Shown: positions 1 to 12,769, counted from the first letter of the stretch. The stretch: 64,000 nucleotides of DNA from Entomortierella parvispora E1425 (GCA_020891255.1 BQFW01000006.1:1984001-2048000), one strand, 5' to 3'. Notes: generated by a model not told the origin, from the letters alone. Made by a program: numbers and translations.

Positions 1-74
1 CTATACATACTGGATCGGTCATATCTTGACCATGGCTAACCATCTTTGCGACACTGTACTTTGATGAATGCCAG

Positions 75-2384
<2,310 letters not shown>

Positions 2385-2414
2385 TGCTGCCGTCTATGTT
2401 TATTTTCTCCCCGA

Positions 2415-2444
2415 TCAGAAACCCGTTCCGGAACGGGTTTCTGA
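2415..2444. repeat. Perfect 30-bp palindrome tcagaaacccgttcc|ggaacgggtttctga
   Basis: The 15-nt left arm is the exact reverse complement of the right arm, with no spacer. Lies 30 nt after the PGM stop codon. Confidence 0.95.
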
Positions 2445-2549
2445 CCCATTCAAAAACCTGCATTGTAAATAAAAAAAAAATTGAGCTCTTCTTGCGTTCA
2501 TCTTGCGTCTACATCTTTCATTCATCTCATCAACAGCCGCATCAGCAAC

Positions 2550-4295
2550 ATGGAGGACTCAACACCCCTTTCAGTAGAAGCATCAGAGCTTCCAGGCTCG
2601 ACTACAGGACCACTCCAGGAGCAGGAAGCGCCCTCTGCGTCTCCAGCCTTGCTTTCTAGAGCCGCACCAGGTCCCCCCGCCTTCACCACAGGGCCTCAGG
2701 GGCAAGAAGGTCCTTCTCCACTAAAGATCCCCGAGCTCCTGACCCGAATTGGCCGATTCATGGATCAGCCAACCCTCCTGGCCTGTCAGCTTGTGTGCAA
2801 GGAATGGCACAAGACGCTCATGTTTTTGCCTTGGGCAGAATTAAAGCTCTTTCAAATGGGTCGGCACTTCAGACAACCCATGACAGAAGACTTTATCCGT
2901 CAGCATGCGCCTCTGGTCGAGCGACTCTCAATCCGAGTCGACCCACAGCATTATCAGCAAGTCAATGGAAACCTGCACGAGGAGCTCTGCCTCCGGACCA
3001 TTGACTTTCCAAAGCTCACGTCACTCGACATTGGGATCCAAAAGGGTGTGGCCTATCTTGACAGTCAGACAAGGGACATGGCGTATCTGACCTCCGAGTT
3101 GTTCAGGTTGATGTTGGAGAGCAGCTCAGCGCTCAACAACGGAGGACAGGGGTTGCCAATGCTCCAAGTGCTGAAAATCACTGATTTCCACTTCAAGTTC
3201 CTGCCTCGAGACTGGATGACCCTTTGGGAGACGCTTTGGTCCCGACTTCAGGTTCTTTCACTGATCGGTCTTTGGTGGGAGGAATACCAGGTCTTTCCAG
3301 AAGAAGATAACATGGATGATTCTGACGACGAGAACATGATGACACAGTGGAATAGACAAGATGAGCTGTGCGACCCTGAAAAGATGGAGGATTTAGCCAA
3401 GCGACTGGGGCCCTCCTTGACGATGCGGGAATTGACCCTGGTCAATCGCGGCTCACAGGAAAACTCTGCCCTGTATGCGATCCAAAAGTGGATGGTAGAA
3501 CAGTGTCCCAATGTTGTCCGATTGGAGTGGAGTGTCACCTGGAGGATACGATCAGATGAGAAGCCATTGGCCATGATGCGGGACCTCATCGTGAGCGGAC
3601 GTCAAGAGGACCCCCCACAGTTCCAGAAATTAGAGACCCTGGCTCTCCCGGCAAAGTTTAACGAAGACGAGTTTCTGGATCTGGCCAAAGCTATGCCACG
3701 TATGACGGAGCTGAACTTTTTCGGAACCAGACACTTTGACGGCAGCGCATGGCTTCTTTTCAAGATCGCGACACCCCACCATTTGAATACGATCCGGGTC
3801 GTCGATGTTAGCTGGTCTGGTTTGAACGCGATGGTGATGCTCGATATACTTTGCTCTCTTCCACGCTTGGAAGACTTCCGAGGCGATTATGTCGCGGACC
3901 GGGATCTGCAAAACGACCCTCGACCCTGGGCTTGCCGGAAAACGTTGAAGCGCCTGAGCCTGGACTTCAACATCACCTCCCAAAGGCGACTCCTCGCACA
4001 GCGTATGATCTTGGGTCGATTGGCGGAACTGGAACAGCTCGAGGATTTGATCGTCAGCGATTCTCATTTGCGTTTGGATCTGTCCAAGCCAAAGGGAATG
4101 CTGGAGAGCTTGAAGGCGCTCAAGAACTTGAAGAGACTCTCCTTGGGGACGCGACGCGAGCATTTCAATTGCGATTGGGGACTGGCCGAGATCGCCTGGG
4201 TCCGAGAGAACTGTCCAAAGTTGAAGTATGTGGATCGTGTCCATTACAAAGAGGAGGTGGGGGAGGAAGATCGGTTCCCTCCCGCTCCCCAGTAG
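2550..4295 (+). CDS. F-box/LRR (RNI-like) protein, array copy 1, 581 aa, intronless
   Basis: F-box-like PSPLKIPELLTRIGRFMDQPTLLACQLVCKEWH followed by LxxLxL repeats and the PWAC..LKRLSL motif. ATG chosen by homology with the other copies; the ORF track starts at an upstream TTG. Confidence 0.9.
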   Translation: MEDSTPLSVEASELPGSTTGPLQEQEAPSASPALLSRAAPGPPAFTTGPQGQEGPSPLKIPELLTRIGRFMDQPTLLACQLVCKEWHKTLMFLPWAELKLFQMGRHFRQPMTEDFIRQHAPLVERLSIRVDPQHYQQVNGNLHEELCLRTIDFPKLTSLDIGIQKGVAYLDSQTRDMAYLTSELFRLMLESSSALNNGGQGLPMLQVLKITDFHFKFLPRDWMTLWETLWSRLQVLSLIGLWWEEYQVFPEEDNMDDSDDENMMTQWNRQDELCDPEKMEDLAKRLGPSLTMRELTLVNRGSQENSALYAIQKWMVEQCPNVVRLEWSVTWRIRSDEKPLAMMRDLIVSGRQEDPPQFQKLETLALPAKFNEDEFLDLAKAMPRMTELNFFGTRHFDGSAWLLFKIATPHHLNTIRVVDVSWSGLNAMVMLDILCSLPRLEDFRGDYVADRDLQNDPRPWACRKTLKRLSLDFNITSQRRLLAQRMILGRLAELEQLEDLIVSDSHLRLDLSKPKGMLESLKALKNLKRLSLGTRREHFNCDWGLAEIAWVRENCPKLKYVDRVHYKEEVGEEDRFPPAPQ

Positions 4296-4473
4296 AGCAT
4301 TGCAGTAAGAAATCTATCTTTCCTCCTCCTCCTCCAGGGGATGAGGCCGATTTAGTCCCTGCGCGTTGACCTCACGTCAAAATCTAGCATTGGAATAAAA
4401 TCAATACATAAAATCACGCTCGTGTGCATCATTCATTTGCATCATTCATTTCTTTCCTTCATTCATCAGCATC

Positions 4474-6225
4474 ATGGAAGACGCAGCTCTACATTCAGGA
4501 GACGCATCAGGATCAGCATCCTCCACTACAGGACCCCAGAGGGAGGAGGCATCTTCGGCAGCCCTCGTTCTGTTCTCTAGCGCCGCACCAGGTCCCCCAC
4601 GTCTTTCCGCAGTTCTACGGGGATATGAAGACCCATCACCGCTCAATATCCCAGAGCTCCTGGCACGAATTGGACGATTCATGGACCTGCCCACCCTCCT
4701 GACCTCTCAGCTTGTGTGCAGGGAGTGGCACAAGGTACTTGACTGCTTGCGTTGGACAGAATTAAAGCTCGTTCAAATGGGTCGGCACTTCAAACAACCC
4801 ATGCCAGAAGACTTTATCCGCCGGCATGCGCCTCTGGTCCAGCGACTCTCGATTTGGGTCAACCGTCACCACTACCGACGAGTCGACGGAAACCTGCACA
4901 AAGAACTTTGTCTCCGGACCCTTGACTTTCCGAAGCTTATATCTCTCGAGATTTGCATTCGAAACGGTCCGTACTCTCGTGGTGACGAAATAAGGGACAT
5001 TCAGTTTCTGACCTCAGAATTGTTTAGGTTAATGTGGACGAGAAGTTCGACACTCGACTCAGGATACGGGTTTCCTATGCTTCAAGAGTTGAAGATTACT
5101 GATTTTCAATTCAAGTTTTTACCTCGAGACTGGATGGTCCTTTGGGAGAGGCTTTGGTCCCGCCTCCAGGTTCTTTCACTGACCGGCCCTTGGTGGGAAA
5201 ACCGCCAAGTCTTTCCAGAAGAGGACGGTACCAATGTTGTCAGCCAGGAGAGTCAAGGAAAAAGGTATGAAAAGATGTGTGACCCTGCCGAAATGGAAAA
5301 TCTTGCCAAACGACTGGGACCTTCCTCAACGATGCGGGATTTGACAATGGTTCAACACAGTGAGCCCGAGAACTCTGGCCTGTATCGGATGCAACAGTGG
5401 ATAGTGAGCCAATGCCCCAATATCGTCCGATTGAAATGGCGCATCGGCGGGACAGCGGTTCAGCATGGGAGGCCCACGCTAATGATTCGGGACCTCATCG
5501 TGAGGGGGAGTCGACTGAACCCCCCACAATTTCAGAACTTGGAAACCCTGGCTCTCCCCTTCGACATTGACCAAACCGAGTTTTTGGCCCTAGCCACTCT
5601 CATGCGGAGCTGGACGGAACTCAACATAAAAGGATCGCAGTTCTTTGATTGGTACACATGGTATTTGCTCAAGACAACCCTGCGGCATTTGAATACGCTC
5701 CGGGTCGTCAATGTTGCGTTCTGTTGTTTGAATGGAACGGATATTATCGATATGCTTTGCTCTCTGCCAAAGTTGGAAGTTTTCCGAGGAACTTTTATTA
5801 CGGATAAGGACCTGCTGGAGGACCCTAGGCCATGGGCTTGCAAGGAAACGCTGAAGCGCCTTTGCTTGCATCTCAACATGCCCCAGAGGCAACCCCGCTC
5901 CCAAAGTGTGATCATTGGTCGATTGGCCGAATTGGAACAACTCGAGTATTTGATCGTCCCCGATTGTTGTTTGATTTTGGATTTGTCCAAGCCAAACGGA
6001 GTGCTGGAGGGCTTGAAGACACTCAGGAACTTGAGGATACTCTCCTTGCAGATGCGACTCGAGAGCTACAGGTGCGACTGGGGCCTGGCGGAGATCGCGT
6101 GGGTCCGAGAGAATTGGCCAAATCTAAAGTATGCGGATTCTGTTCAATACAAAGTCGAAGTAGGGGAAGGGGACCGATTCCTTCGCAGCTATTATCGTGG
6201 ATTCAGTTCGGTGACCATTTCGTAA
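4474..6225 (+). CDS. F-box/LRR protein, array copy 2, 583 aa
   Basis: Collinear paralogue of copy 1 (PLNIPELLARIGRFMD...VCREWH; PWACKETLKRLCL; CDWGLAEIAWVRENWP). Confidence 0.9.
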   Translation: MEDAALHSGDASGSASSTTGPQREEASSAALVLFSSAAPGPPRLSAVLRGYEDPSPLNIPELLARIGRFMDLPTLLTSQLVCREWHKVLDCLRWTELKLVQMGRHFKQPMPEDFIRRHAPLVQRLSIWVNRHHYRRVDGNLHKELCLRTLDFPKLISLEICIRNGPYSRGDEIRDIQFLTSELFRLMWTRSSTLDSGYGFPMLQELKITDFQFKFLPRDWMVLWERLWSRLQVLSLTGPWWENRQVFPEEDGTNVVSQESQGKRYEKMCDPAEMENLAKRLGPSSTMRDLTMVQHSEPENSGLYRMQQWIVSQCPNIVRLKWRIGGTAVQHGRPTLMIRDLIVRGSRLNPPQFQNLETLALPFDIDQTEFLALATLMRSWTELNIKGSQFFDWYTWYLLKTTLRHLNTLRVVNVAFCCLNGTDIIDMLCSLPKLEVFRGTFITDKDLLEDPRPWACKETLKRLCLHLNMPQRQPRSQSVIIGRLAELEQLEYLIVPDCCLILDLSKPNGVLEGLKTLRNLRILSLQMRLESYRCDWGLAEIAWVRENWPNLKYADSVQYKVEVGEGDRFLRSYYRGFSSVTIS

Positions 6226-6395
6226 AGGGGTATCTGTCCTTCCCCGATGGGCATCATCAAAGTGTCGCAAAAATGTAGTGAAGGGGGTAATTGGAGCGGA
6301 AAATCTCGTCCAAATCGAGCAGGGAAATAAAGAAAAAAAAAAAAAATCAAGCACATGTGTCTTTCATCACATCTTCCATTGAACGCATCGAAATC

Positions 6396-8102
6396 ATGGA
6401 AGGCTCAGATCAGCATCCTGGAGAACCATCAGCATCTAAAAGAAGACTCCGGAGTCTTCGTTTTAGAAACGTACCAGGTCCCCCGCGCTCCACTCTAGGA
6501 GCTCCAGGGTACGAAGAATCCTCTCCGCTGAAGATCCCAGAGGTCCTGGTCCAGATTGGCGAGTACATGGATCAGGCCACCCTTTTGGCCTGTCAGCTTG
6601 TTTGTAAGGAATGGCACAGGACACTCAACCTCTTGCTTTGGAGAGACCTGAAGCTTGTTCAATTTGGCAACCAGTTCAAGTATCCCATGTCGGACGTCTG
6701 TATCGGCCTTCACGCACCCCTGGTCCAGAAACTCTCTCTACGGTTCGACACTCAACATTACCAACAAGTCAATGGAAATCTGAGCGACAATGTCTGTCTC
6801 CGGACGATTGACTTTCCAAAGCTCACTTCGCTAGAGATTGGTGTAAAGCGGTGCTGGTCCAGTACGGATACCCTGAAAGACGGCATGGAGTATCTGACCT
6901 CAGAATTGTTCAGGTTGATGTTGGAGAGCAGCTCTGCACTTAACAGCGGAGGGCAAGGACTCCGTATGCTCCAGGAGTTGAAGATCACCAATTTTCAATT
7001 CAGGTTCTTGCCTTCGGATTGGATCACCCTTTGGGAAACACTTTGGTCCCGACTTCAAGTTCTTTCATTAATCGGTCCTTGGTGGGATGTGTATCAGGTA
7101 TTTCCTGAAGAGGATGGCATTGACGTTTTCAGCGATGAGAGCAGGAGGAGAGCATTTGATCGGCACGCAGATCTTTTTAATTGGGAGGCGATGGATGAGT
7201 TGGCCGAGTGGCTTGAACCGTCCTCGACGATGCGGGATTTAACTATGGTTAACTACAACACAACGGAGAATGAAGGGTTGTATAGGCTTCAGAGGTGGAT
7301 GTTGAGGCAATCTCCCAATCTAGTCCGCTTGGATTGGCGTCTTGGCTGGAAACTTGATCCGATCGAAAGGCCAATGGAATTGCTGTGGGAGATCATCAGG
7401 AATGGGAGGCGCGAAACCCCCCCACGGTTTCAGGACCTGGAGACCATATCTCTCTCGCCAATGCTTGAAGAGGATGAGTTTGTGGATCTGATCAATGCCA
7501 TGCCGCGCTTAACGGAGATGAATATGGATTGCCTGAGAGACTTTGGGGACAGCGCATGGGGTTTGCTCAAGGCCGTGACACCACGCCATTTGGCGACGAT
7601 CCGGATCATGAAGGTTGATGCAACTGGCCTAAGTGCGGGCGCGTTGATCGATATATTGTGCTCTCTGCCAAACTTGGAAGTTTTCCGAGGAGATTATATT
7701 ACGGATCAGGACCTGCGAAAAGATCCTCGACCATGGGCCTGCCGGAGAACGCTCAAGAGCCTGGAACTGAATTTTGAGGTCACGTCCCGAAAACAAGTCC
7801 TTGCCCAGAAGCTGATTGTCAAGCGTTTGGCAGAATTGGAGCAGCTCGAGGAGTTGGACGTGAGCGATTCATATTTGCAGCTGGATCTATCGAAACCCAA
7901 AGGGCTATTGACGTCCTTGAGAACCCTCAAACACCTCAAGACATTCTCGATGGTGTCTCAGCTTGAGGATTTCAATTGCGATTGGGGGCTGGCCGAGATC
8001 GCGTGGGTCCGAGAGCACTTGCCAAAGTTGAAATACGTGGATTGGATCGAGTACAAAGATGAGGTGAGGGAGGAAGACAAATATCCTCCCATTCCTCGTT
8101 AG
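6396..8102 (+). CDS. F-box/LRR protein, array copy 3, 568 aa
   Basis: Collinear paralogue; ATG at 6396 follows the shared ...catcATGGA leader. Confidence 0.9.
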   Translation: MEGSDQHPGEPSASKRRLRSLRFRNVPGPPRSTLGAPGYEESSPLKIPEVLVQIGEYMDQATLLACQLVCKEWHRTLNLLLWRDLKLVQFGNQFKYPMSDVCIGLHAPLVQKLSLRFDTQHYQQVNGNLSDNVCLRTIDFPKLTSLEIGVKRCWSSTDTLKDGMEYLTSELFRLMLESSSALNSGGQGLRMLQELKITNFQFRFLPSDWITLWETLWSRLQVLSLIGPWWDVYQVFPEEDGIDVFSDESRRRAFDRHADLFNWEAMDELAEWLEPSSTMRDLTMVNYNTTENEGLYRLQRWMLRQSPNLVRLDWRLGWKLDPIERPMELLWEIIRNGRRETPPRFQDLETISLSPMLEEDEFVDLINAMPRLTEMNMDCLRDFGDSAWGLLKAVTPRHLATIRIMKVDATGLSAGALIDILCSLPNLEVFRGDYITDQDLRKDPRPWACRRTLKSLELNFEVTSRKQVLAQKLIVKRLAELEQLEELDVSDSYLQLDLSKPKGLLTSLRTLKHLKTFSMVSQLEDFNCDWGLAEIAWVREHLPKLKYVDWIEYKDEVREEDKYPPIPR

Positions 8103-8354
8103 AGCGCGACTAGACAGTGAACTTTCATTTCATAGAGAGTCATCCCATCCTCCTTCCCTGGGGATCTTCATAGTCTTTTTCAATGACAGGAGATGTGGCA
8201 GTGACAGACTGGAGGAAGAATAGTGGGGTTGCTCACTTCTGAGCACCCGTTGGTCTCAGACCCAGCATGGAAAATCAAAACAAAAGAAAAAAAAATCAGG
8301 CACATGTTTTGTTTGCATCTTTCATTCGTAACGTTCATTCGCCCCATCAGCATC

Positions 8355-10082
8355 ATGAAAGAACCAGCTCAGCTTTCAGGAAAGGCATCAAAGCTATCAA
8401 ACTCGACTACAGGACCCCAGCGGCAGGAGGCTCCCTTGCTATCGCCTGCCCGGTCCTCTAAAAACGCACCAGGTCCACCTGCTCTTACCACAGGGCTCAA
8501 GGGGTATGCGAGTCCCTCACCATTCGAGATCCCAGAGCTCCTGGTCCGCATTGGGGGATTCATGGATCAGTGTACCCTCCTGGTTTGTCGGCTAGTGTGC
8601 AAGGAATGGCTTAGGACGCTCGACTTCTTACTTTGGGAAGAACTACAACTCGTTCAACTTGTCAATCGATTCCAAGCACCTATGACGGACGATTTTGTTT
8701 GCCAGCATGCACCTTTCGTCCAGCGACTTTCGATCCACATCAAAGCAAACAAGAAAAGCGGAAGAAATATGAATGATCATCTCTGTCTCCGGACCATTGA
8801 CTTTCCAAAGCTCGCATCACTCGAGATCGGTATTCAAAGGGGCCAGCCTTATGTCGACTGGGCTTTGCACCTGGAGGATCTGTCCTCAGAGTTATTCAGG
8901 CTGATGTTGGAAAGCAGCTCAATGTTCAACAACGGAGGACACGGGCTTCCAGTGCTCCAAGTGCTGAAGATTACCGAATTCGGATTCAAGTTCTTGCCTC
9001 GGGACTGGATGACCCTTTGGGAGACGCTTTGGTCCCGGCTTCAGGTTCTTTCACTGATCGGTCCTTGGTGGGGGAAAGACGCCGTTTTCCCGGAAGAGGC
9101 AGACAAGGTGTTTTTCAGGGATGAGAGTGTGGATAGGCAATTGGACCGGCACGAGGAGCTGTGCAACAGGGATGAGATGCGAATGCTGGCCAGGCGACAT
9201 GGACCGTCTTGGACGATGCGGGATTTGACCATGATCTGTCACAATTCAGATAACGAGAGTGTTTACATGATTCAGGAATGGATGGTGGAACAGTGCCCCA
9301 ATTTAGTTCGGCTTGAATGGGATATGGGCTCTGGAGCCGATCAGATGGAAACGATACGGAACCTCATTTTAAAAGGGAGTCGGCTGGACCCCCCTCAGTT
9401 TCAGAACCTGGAGGCCCTGGCTGCCATGCCAGTTCATGCAGAGTTCGAGTTCATGGACATGATCCAGGCTATGCCGCGTTTGACAGAACTGGACCTGAAA
9501 TATATGCACGACTTTAAGGACAGCACATGGGATTTGCTGAAGGCTGAGACGCCGCGCCATTTGGCAACGATACGGATCCTGGATGTGACAAACTCGAGGT
9601 TTAGCTCGCCCACGTTGATCGATATGCTCTGCTCTCTACCAAACTTGGAGGTTTTCAGGGCACACTATATTACGGACGAGGACCTGTTGGATGACCCTCG
9701 ACCATGGGCCTGCCGCAAAACACTCAAGAATCTGTATCTGGATTTTGAGGTCTCTTCCGAAAGCCTAGTCGACGCCCGGAGTCTGGTTGTCAGTCGATTG
9801 GCGGAATTGGAGCAGCTGGAGGAGTTGCACGTGTGCAATTCATATTCGCTGTTGGATCTGTCCCTGCCCGAAGGACTCTTGACGGCTTTGAAACCCTCCA
9901 GGAACCTAAAGAAACTCACGCTGGAGTTTAGTCCAGAGTCCTCTTGCCCTTGGGGTCTGGCCGAGATCGCGTGGGTCAGAAAGAACTTTCCAAAACTGAA
10001 AAACGTTGGTGGTGTGAGTTACAAAGACGAAGTGAGAAGGGAGGATCAATTTGCTCCCATCCGTAGGCCGTGGTTCGCCTAG
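8355..10082 (+). CDS. F-box/LRR protein, array copy 4, 575 aa
   Basis: Collinear paralogue; ATG at 8355 after catcagcatc. Confidence 0.9.
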   Translation: MKEPAQLSGKASKLSNSTTGPQRQEAPLLSPARSSKNAPGPPALTTGLKGYASPSPFEIPELLVRIGGFMDQCTLLVCRLVCKEWLRTLDFLLWEELQLVQLVNRFQAPMTDDFVCQHAPFVQRLSIHIKANKKSGRNMNDHLCLRTIDFPKLASLEIGIQRGQPYVDWALHLEDLSSELFRLMLESSSMFNNGGHGLPVLQVLKITEFGFKFLPRDWMTLWETLWSRLQVLSLIGPWWGKDAVFPEEADKVFFRDESVDRQLDRHEELCNRDEMRMLARRHGPSWTMRDLTMICHNSDNESVYMIQEWMVEQCPNLVRLEWDMGSGADQMETIRNLILKGSRLDPPQFQNLEALAAMPVHAEFEFMDMIQAMPRLTELDLKYMHDFKDSTWDLLKAETPRHLATIRILDVTNSRFSSPTLIDMLCSLPNLEVFRAHYITDEDLLDDPRPWACRKTLKNLYLDFEVSSESLVDARSLVVSRLAELEQLEELHVCNSYSLLDLSLPEGLLTALKPSRNLKKLTLEFSPESSCPWGLAEIAWVRKNFPKLKNVGGVSYKDEVRREDQFAPIRRPWFA

Positions 10083-10263
10083 AAAAGGTGGTGAGCATCT
10101 CATAAAGAATATATTCTCTTCTTCGCCTCAGCATCTTCATGTTGTTGTTTGTAACAGGATAATTTCGTGCCTGTTCGAGCACGCGTTGGTCCCAGCAGCA
10201 CGAAAAATCAAAAAAATGTTTGTCATCTTTCGATTCATGACGTTCATTCATCACATCAGCATC

Positions 10264-10496
10264 ATGGAAGACCGAGTTCTAAATTCAGGAGAGGCATCAG
10301 AATCAACGACCTCTGCTACAGGATTCCTTGGACAGGGGGCTCACTCTGCATCTTTAACTCTGCCTTCTAGAACCGCACCAGGTCCACCTGCCGTTACTAC
10401 AGGGCCCCAGGGGTGTGAAGACCCATCACCACTCAAGATCCCAGAGGTCCTGGTCCGCACTGGGAGGGGGATCAGTACCTTCCCATTCCTTGTTAA
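10264..10496 (+). pseudogene. F-box/LRR array copy 5, internally deleted: N-terminal leader fused out of frame to the last ~10 codons
   Basis: MEDRVLNSGEAS...PSPLKIPEVLVRTG is directly followed by gag ggg gat cag tac ctt ccc att cct tgt taa (EGDQYLPIPC*), which matches the family C-terminus (copy 3 EEDKYPPIPR*, copy 6 EEDQFPPIPFD*). Confidence 0.85.
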
Positions 10497-10874
10497 GTCT
10501 TGGCCAGACAGTAGGGACGCCTTGACCTGTCGTCGTGAGAATAGTTGCAGTGAGAGGCTGTTTATGAGAATGCCGACTTTTGTCTTTTGCTTGGAATGCG
10601 CGTCTGTCTCGACCCTAGGATAGGCTCAGTCCCTAGATCGAAGGTAGCCCTCCTTCACTCAGTCAAGTCAATTGACCGATATCATTGGTTGCAAGCCAGC
10701 GGCCTTAACCTTGCAAAGACGTTTTTTTTCTCAGACTGTTCCTGGTCCTGGACCAGAACTCCCCGATTTGCGTGACTTCAAAAAAAAAAAAAAATAAAAA
10801 AAAAAAATAAAAAAGGTCTCTGCCAGCACTTTTTGTTTTCTTCGTCGACATCTTTCATTCACCACATCGGCATC

Positions 10875-12605
10875 ATGGAAGACTTGGCCCTACCATCAGG
10901 AGAAGCATCAGGATTGGCAGCCTCCTCTACTGGATCTCAAGGACAGGAGACTTCTCCATCCTCAGCTCTGCCCACTGGAACCGCACTAGGCACCTTGGTC
11001 CTCCCTACCGGGCCTCAGGGGTACAAAAATCCTTCACCACTACAGACGCCAGAGCTCCTTGCTCGCATTGGGAACTTTGTGGATCGGTCCACACTCTTGG
11101 CTTGTCAGGTAGTGTGTAAGGAATGGCACAGGACGCTCGAGCACCTGCTTTGGAAAGACCTGAAGCTCGTTCAACTTAACAATCATTTCCAAGAACCCAT
11201 GACCGACGACTGTATCCGCCGGCACGCGCCTTTGGTCCAGCGACTCTCGATCCGCGTCGACCCCCTGAATTATGAATTGTTCTTTGGAAACCTGGATGAC
11301 AATCTCTGTCTCCGGACCATTGACTTTCCACAGCTTACGTCGCTCGATATTGGTATCCAAAAGGGCAAGTCGTATTTGAGTAGCGAAACGATCGAGATGG
11401 AGTATCTGACCGCAGAGTTGTTCAGGTTGATGTTGGAAAGCAGCTCAGCGCTCAACAATGGCGGTCAAGGGCTTTCTAAGCTCCAGGTGTTGAAGATCAC
11501 TGGTTTCCAATTCAGGTTCGTGCCTCGGGACTGGGCAACTCTTTGGGGGACGCTTTGGTCCCGCCTCCAGGTTCTCTCTCTGATTGGAACTTGGTGGGCA
11601 CCTTACCAGGTCTTTTCAGAAGAGGATGGTCTTGATTACCATGGCCGTGAGAGACTATCTAGGCAGAGGGATTGGGTTCGGGAGCTGTGGACCTGCGACG
11701 AGACGGTGACTGCGATGAAGCGATTGGGACCCTCCTTGACAATGCGGGATTTGACCATGATTAACAAGGGCTCAAAGAACGAAGAACTGTATGGTATTCA
11801 AAAGTGGATAATCACTCAATGTCCCAAGCTTGTCCGATTGGAATGGTGCATGAGCTGGGACCCGGAGAAGGAAAGGCCGATGCAACTGATGTTACACCTC
11901 ATTGAAAGGGGGAGGAGAATGAACCCCCCACAATTCCAAGACCTACAGACCTTGGCTCTCCCGGGAGCATTTGACGAAATCGATTACTACTGTCTGCTCA
12001 AAGCCATGCCGCGCTTGACAGAGCTGCGAGGGTGGTGGGACTTTGATGACGGCCTCTGGGAATTGCTCAAGGTGGGGACACCGCGCCACTTGGAGACGAT
12101 CCGGCTTGTGGATATTTATGCCTGTAATCTGAGTTCGCGCACACTGATCGATTTGTTGTGCTCCTTACCGAACCTTGAAGTTCTTCGAGGAGACTGTATC
12201 ACGGATCGGGACCTGCGAGAGGATCCTCGACCATGGGCCTGTCGGGGAACTTTGAGGCGTCTTGAGTTGGATTTCAAAATCACGACCCAGAGGCGAGTCC
12301 TTTCCCAGAGTTTGATTGCCAGTCGGCTGGCTGAATTCGAGCAGCTAGAGGATTTGATCGTGGCCCATTCCCCTTTACGCCTGGATCTGTCCAAGTCTAA
12401 GGGGGTGCTAGAGAGGTTGAAGCCACTCAAGAACCTGAAGACACTCTCGCTCCATTCGCGTAACGCAAGCTTCAATTGCGATTGGGGCCAAGCAGAGTTA
12501 GCTTGGGTTCGAGAGAACTGGCCAAATTTGAAGTACGTGAGTTGGATCGAGTACAAAGATGAGGTGAGGGAGGAGGACCAATTCCCTCCCATTCCTTTTG
12601 ATTAG
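10875..12605 (+). CDS. F-box/LRR protein, array copy 6, 576 aa
   Basis: Collinear paralogue (PLQTPELLARIGNFVD...VCKEWH; PWACRGTLRRLEL). Confidence 0.9.
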   Translation: MEDLALPSGEASGLAASSTGSQGQETSPSSALPTGTALGTLVLPTGPQGYKNPSPLQTPELLARIGNFVDRSTLLACQVVCKEWHRTLEHLLWKDLKLVQLNNHFQEPMTDDCIRRHAPLVQRLSIRVDPLNYELFFGNLDDNLCLRTIDFPQLTSLDIGIQKGKSYLSSETIEMEYLTAELFRLMLESSSALNNGGQGLSKLQVLKITGFQFRFVPRDWATLWGTLWSRLQVLSLIGTWWAPYQVFSEEDGLDYHGRERLSRQRDWVRELWTCDETVTAMKRLGPSLTMRDLTMINKGSKNEELYGIQKWIITQCPKLVRLEWCMSWDPEKERPMQLMLHLIERGRRMNPPQFQDLQTLALPGAFDEIDYYCLLKAMPRLTELRGWWDFDDGLWELLKVGTPRHLETIRLVDIYACNLSSRTLIDLLCSLPNLEVLRGDCITDRDLREDPRPWACRGTLRRLELDFKITTQRRVLSQSLIASRLAEFEQLEDLIVAHSPLRLDLSKSKGVLERLKPLKNLKTLSLHSRNASFNCDWGQAELAWVRENWPNLKYVSWIEYKDEVREEDQFPPIPFD

Positions 12606-12769
12606 ATAGTGAACGTTTCATAAAATAAAGCAAGTTTTATCCCATCCTTCCCTTCCTGGATGTCTTGACATGTCGTATTGGCGGCTACAGTGAAAACTTT
12701 TATGAGAATGTCAACGTTTGTCAATTGCATAGGCCGCACGCTGGTAGTCTTCTGTCATGAACTAGCGAG

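Noticed and set aside
10497-10815. Possible SINE or retrocopy: A-box-like taggctcagtcc (~10621), weak B-box-like ggttgcaagcc (~10687) and an A-rich tail at 10780-10813
   Set aside because: No cloverleaf pairing and no clean target-site duplication. Part of the segment is homologous to ordinary array spacer (12663-12728), and A-runs precede most copies, so it is better explained as the repeated spacer.
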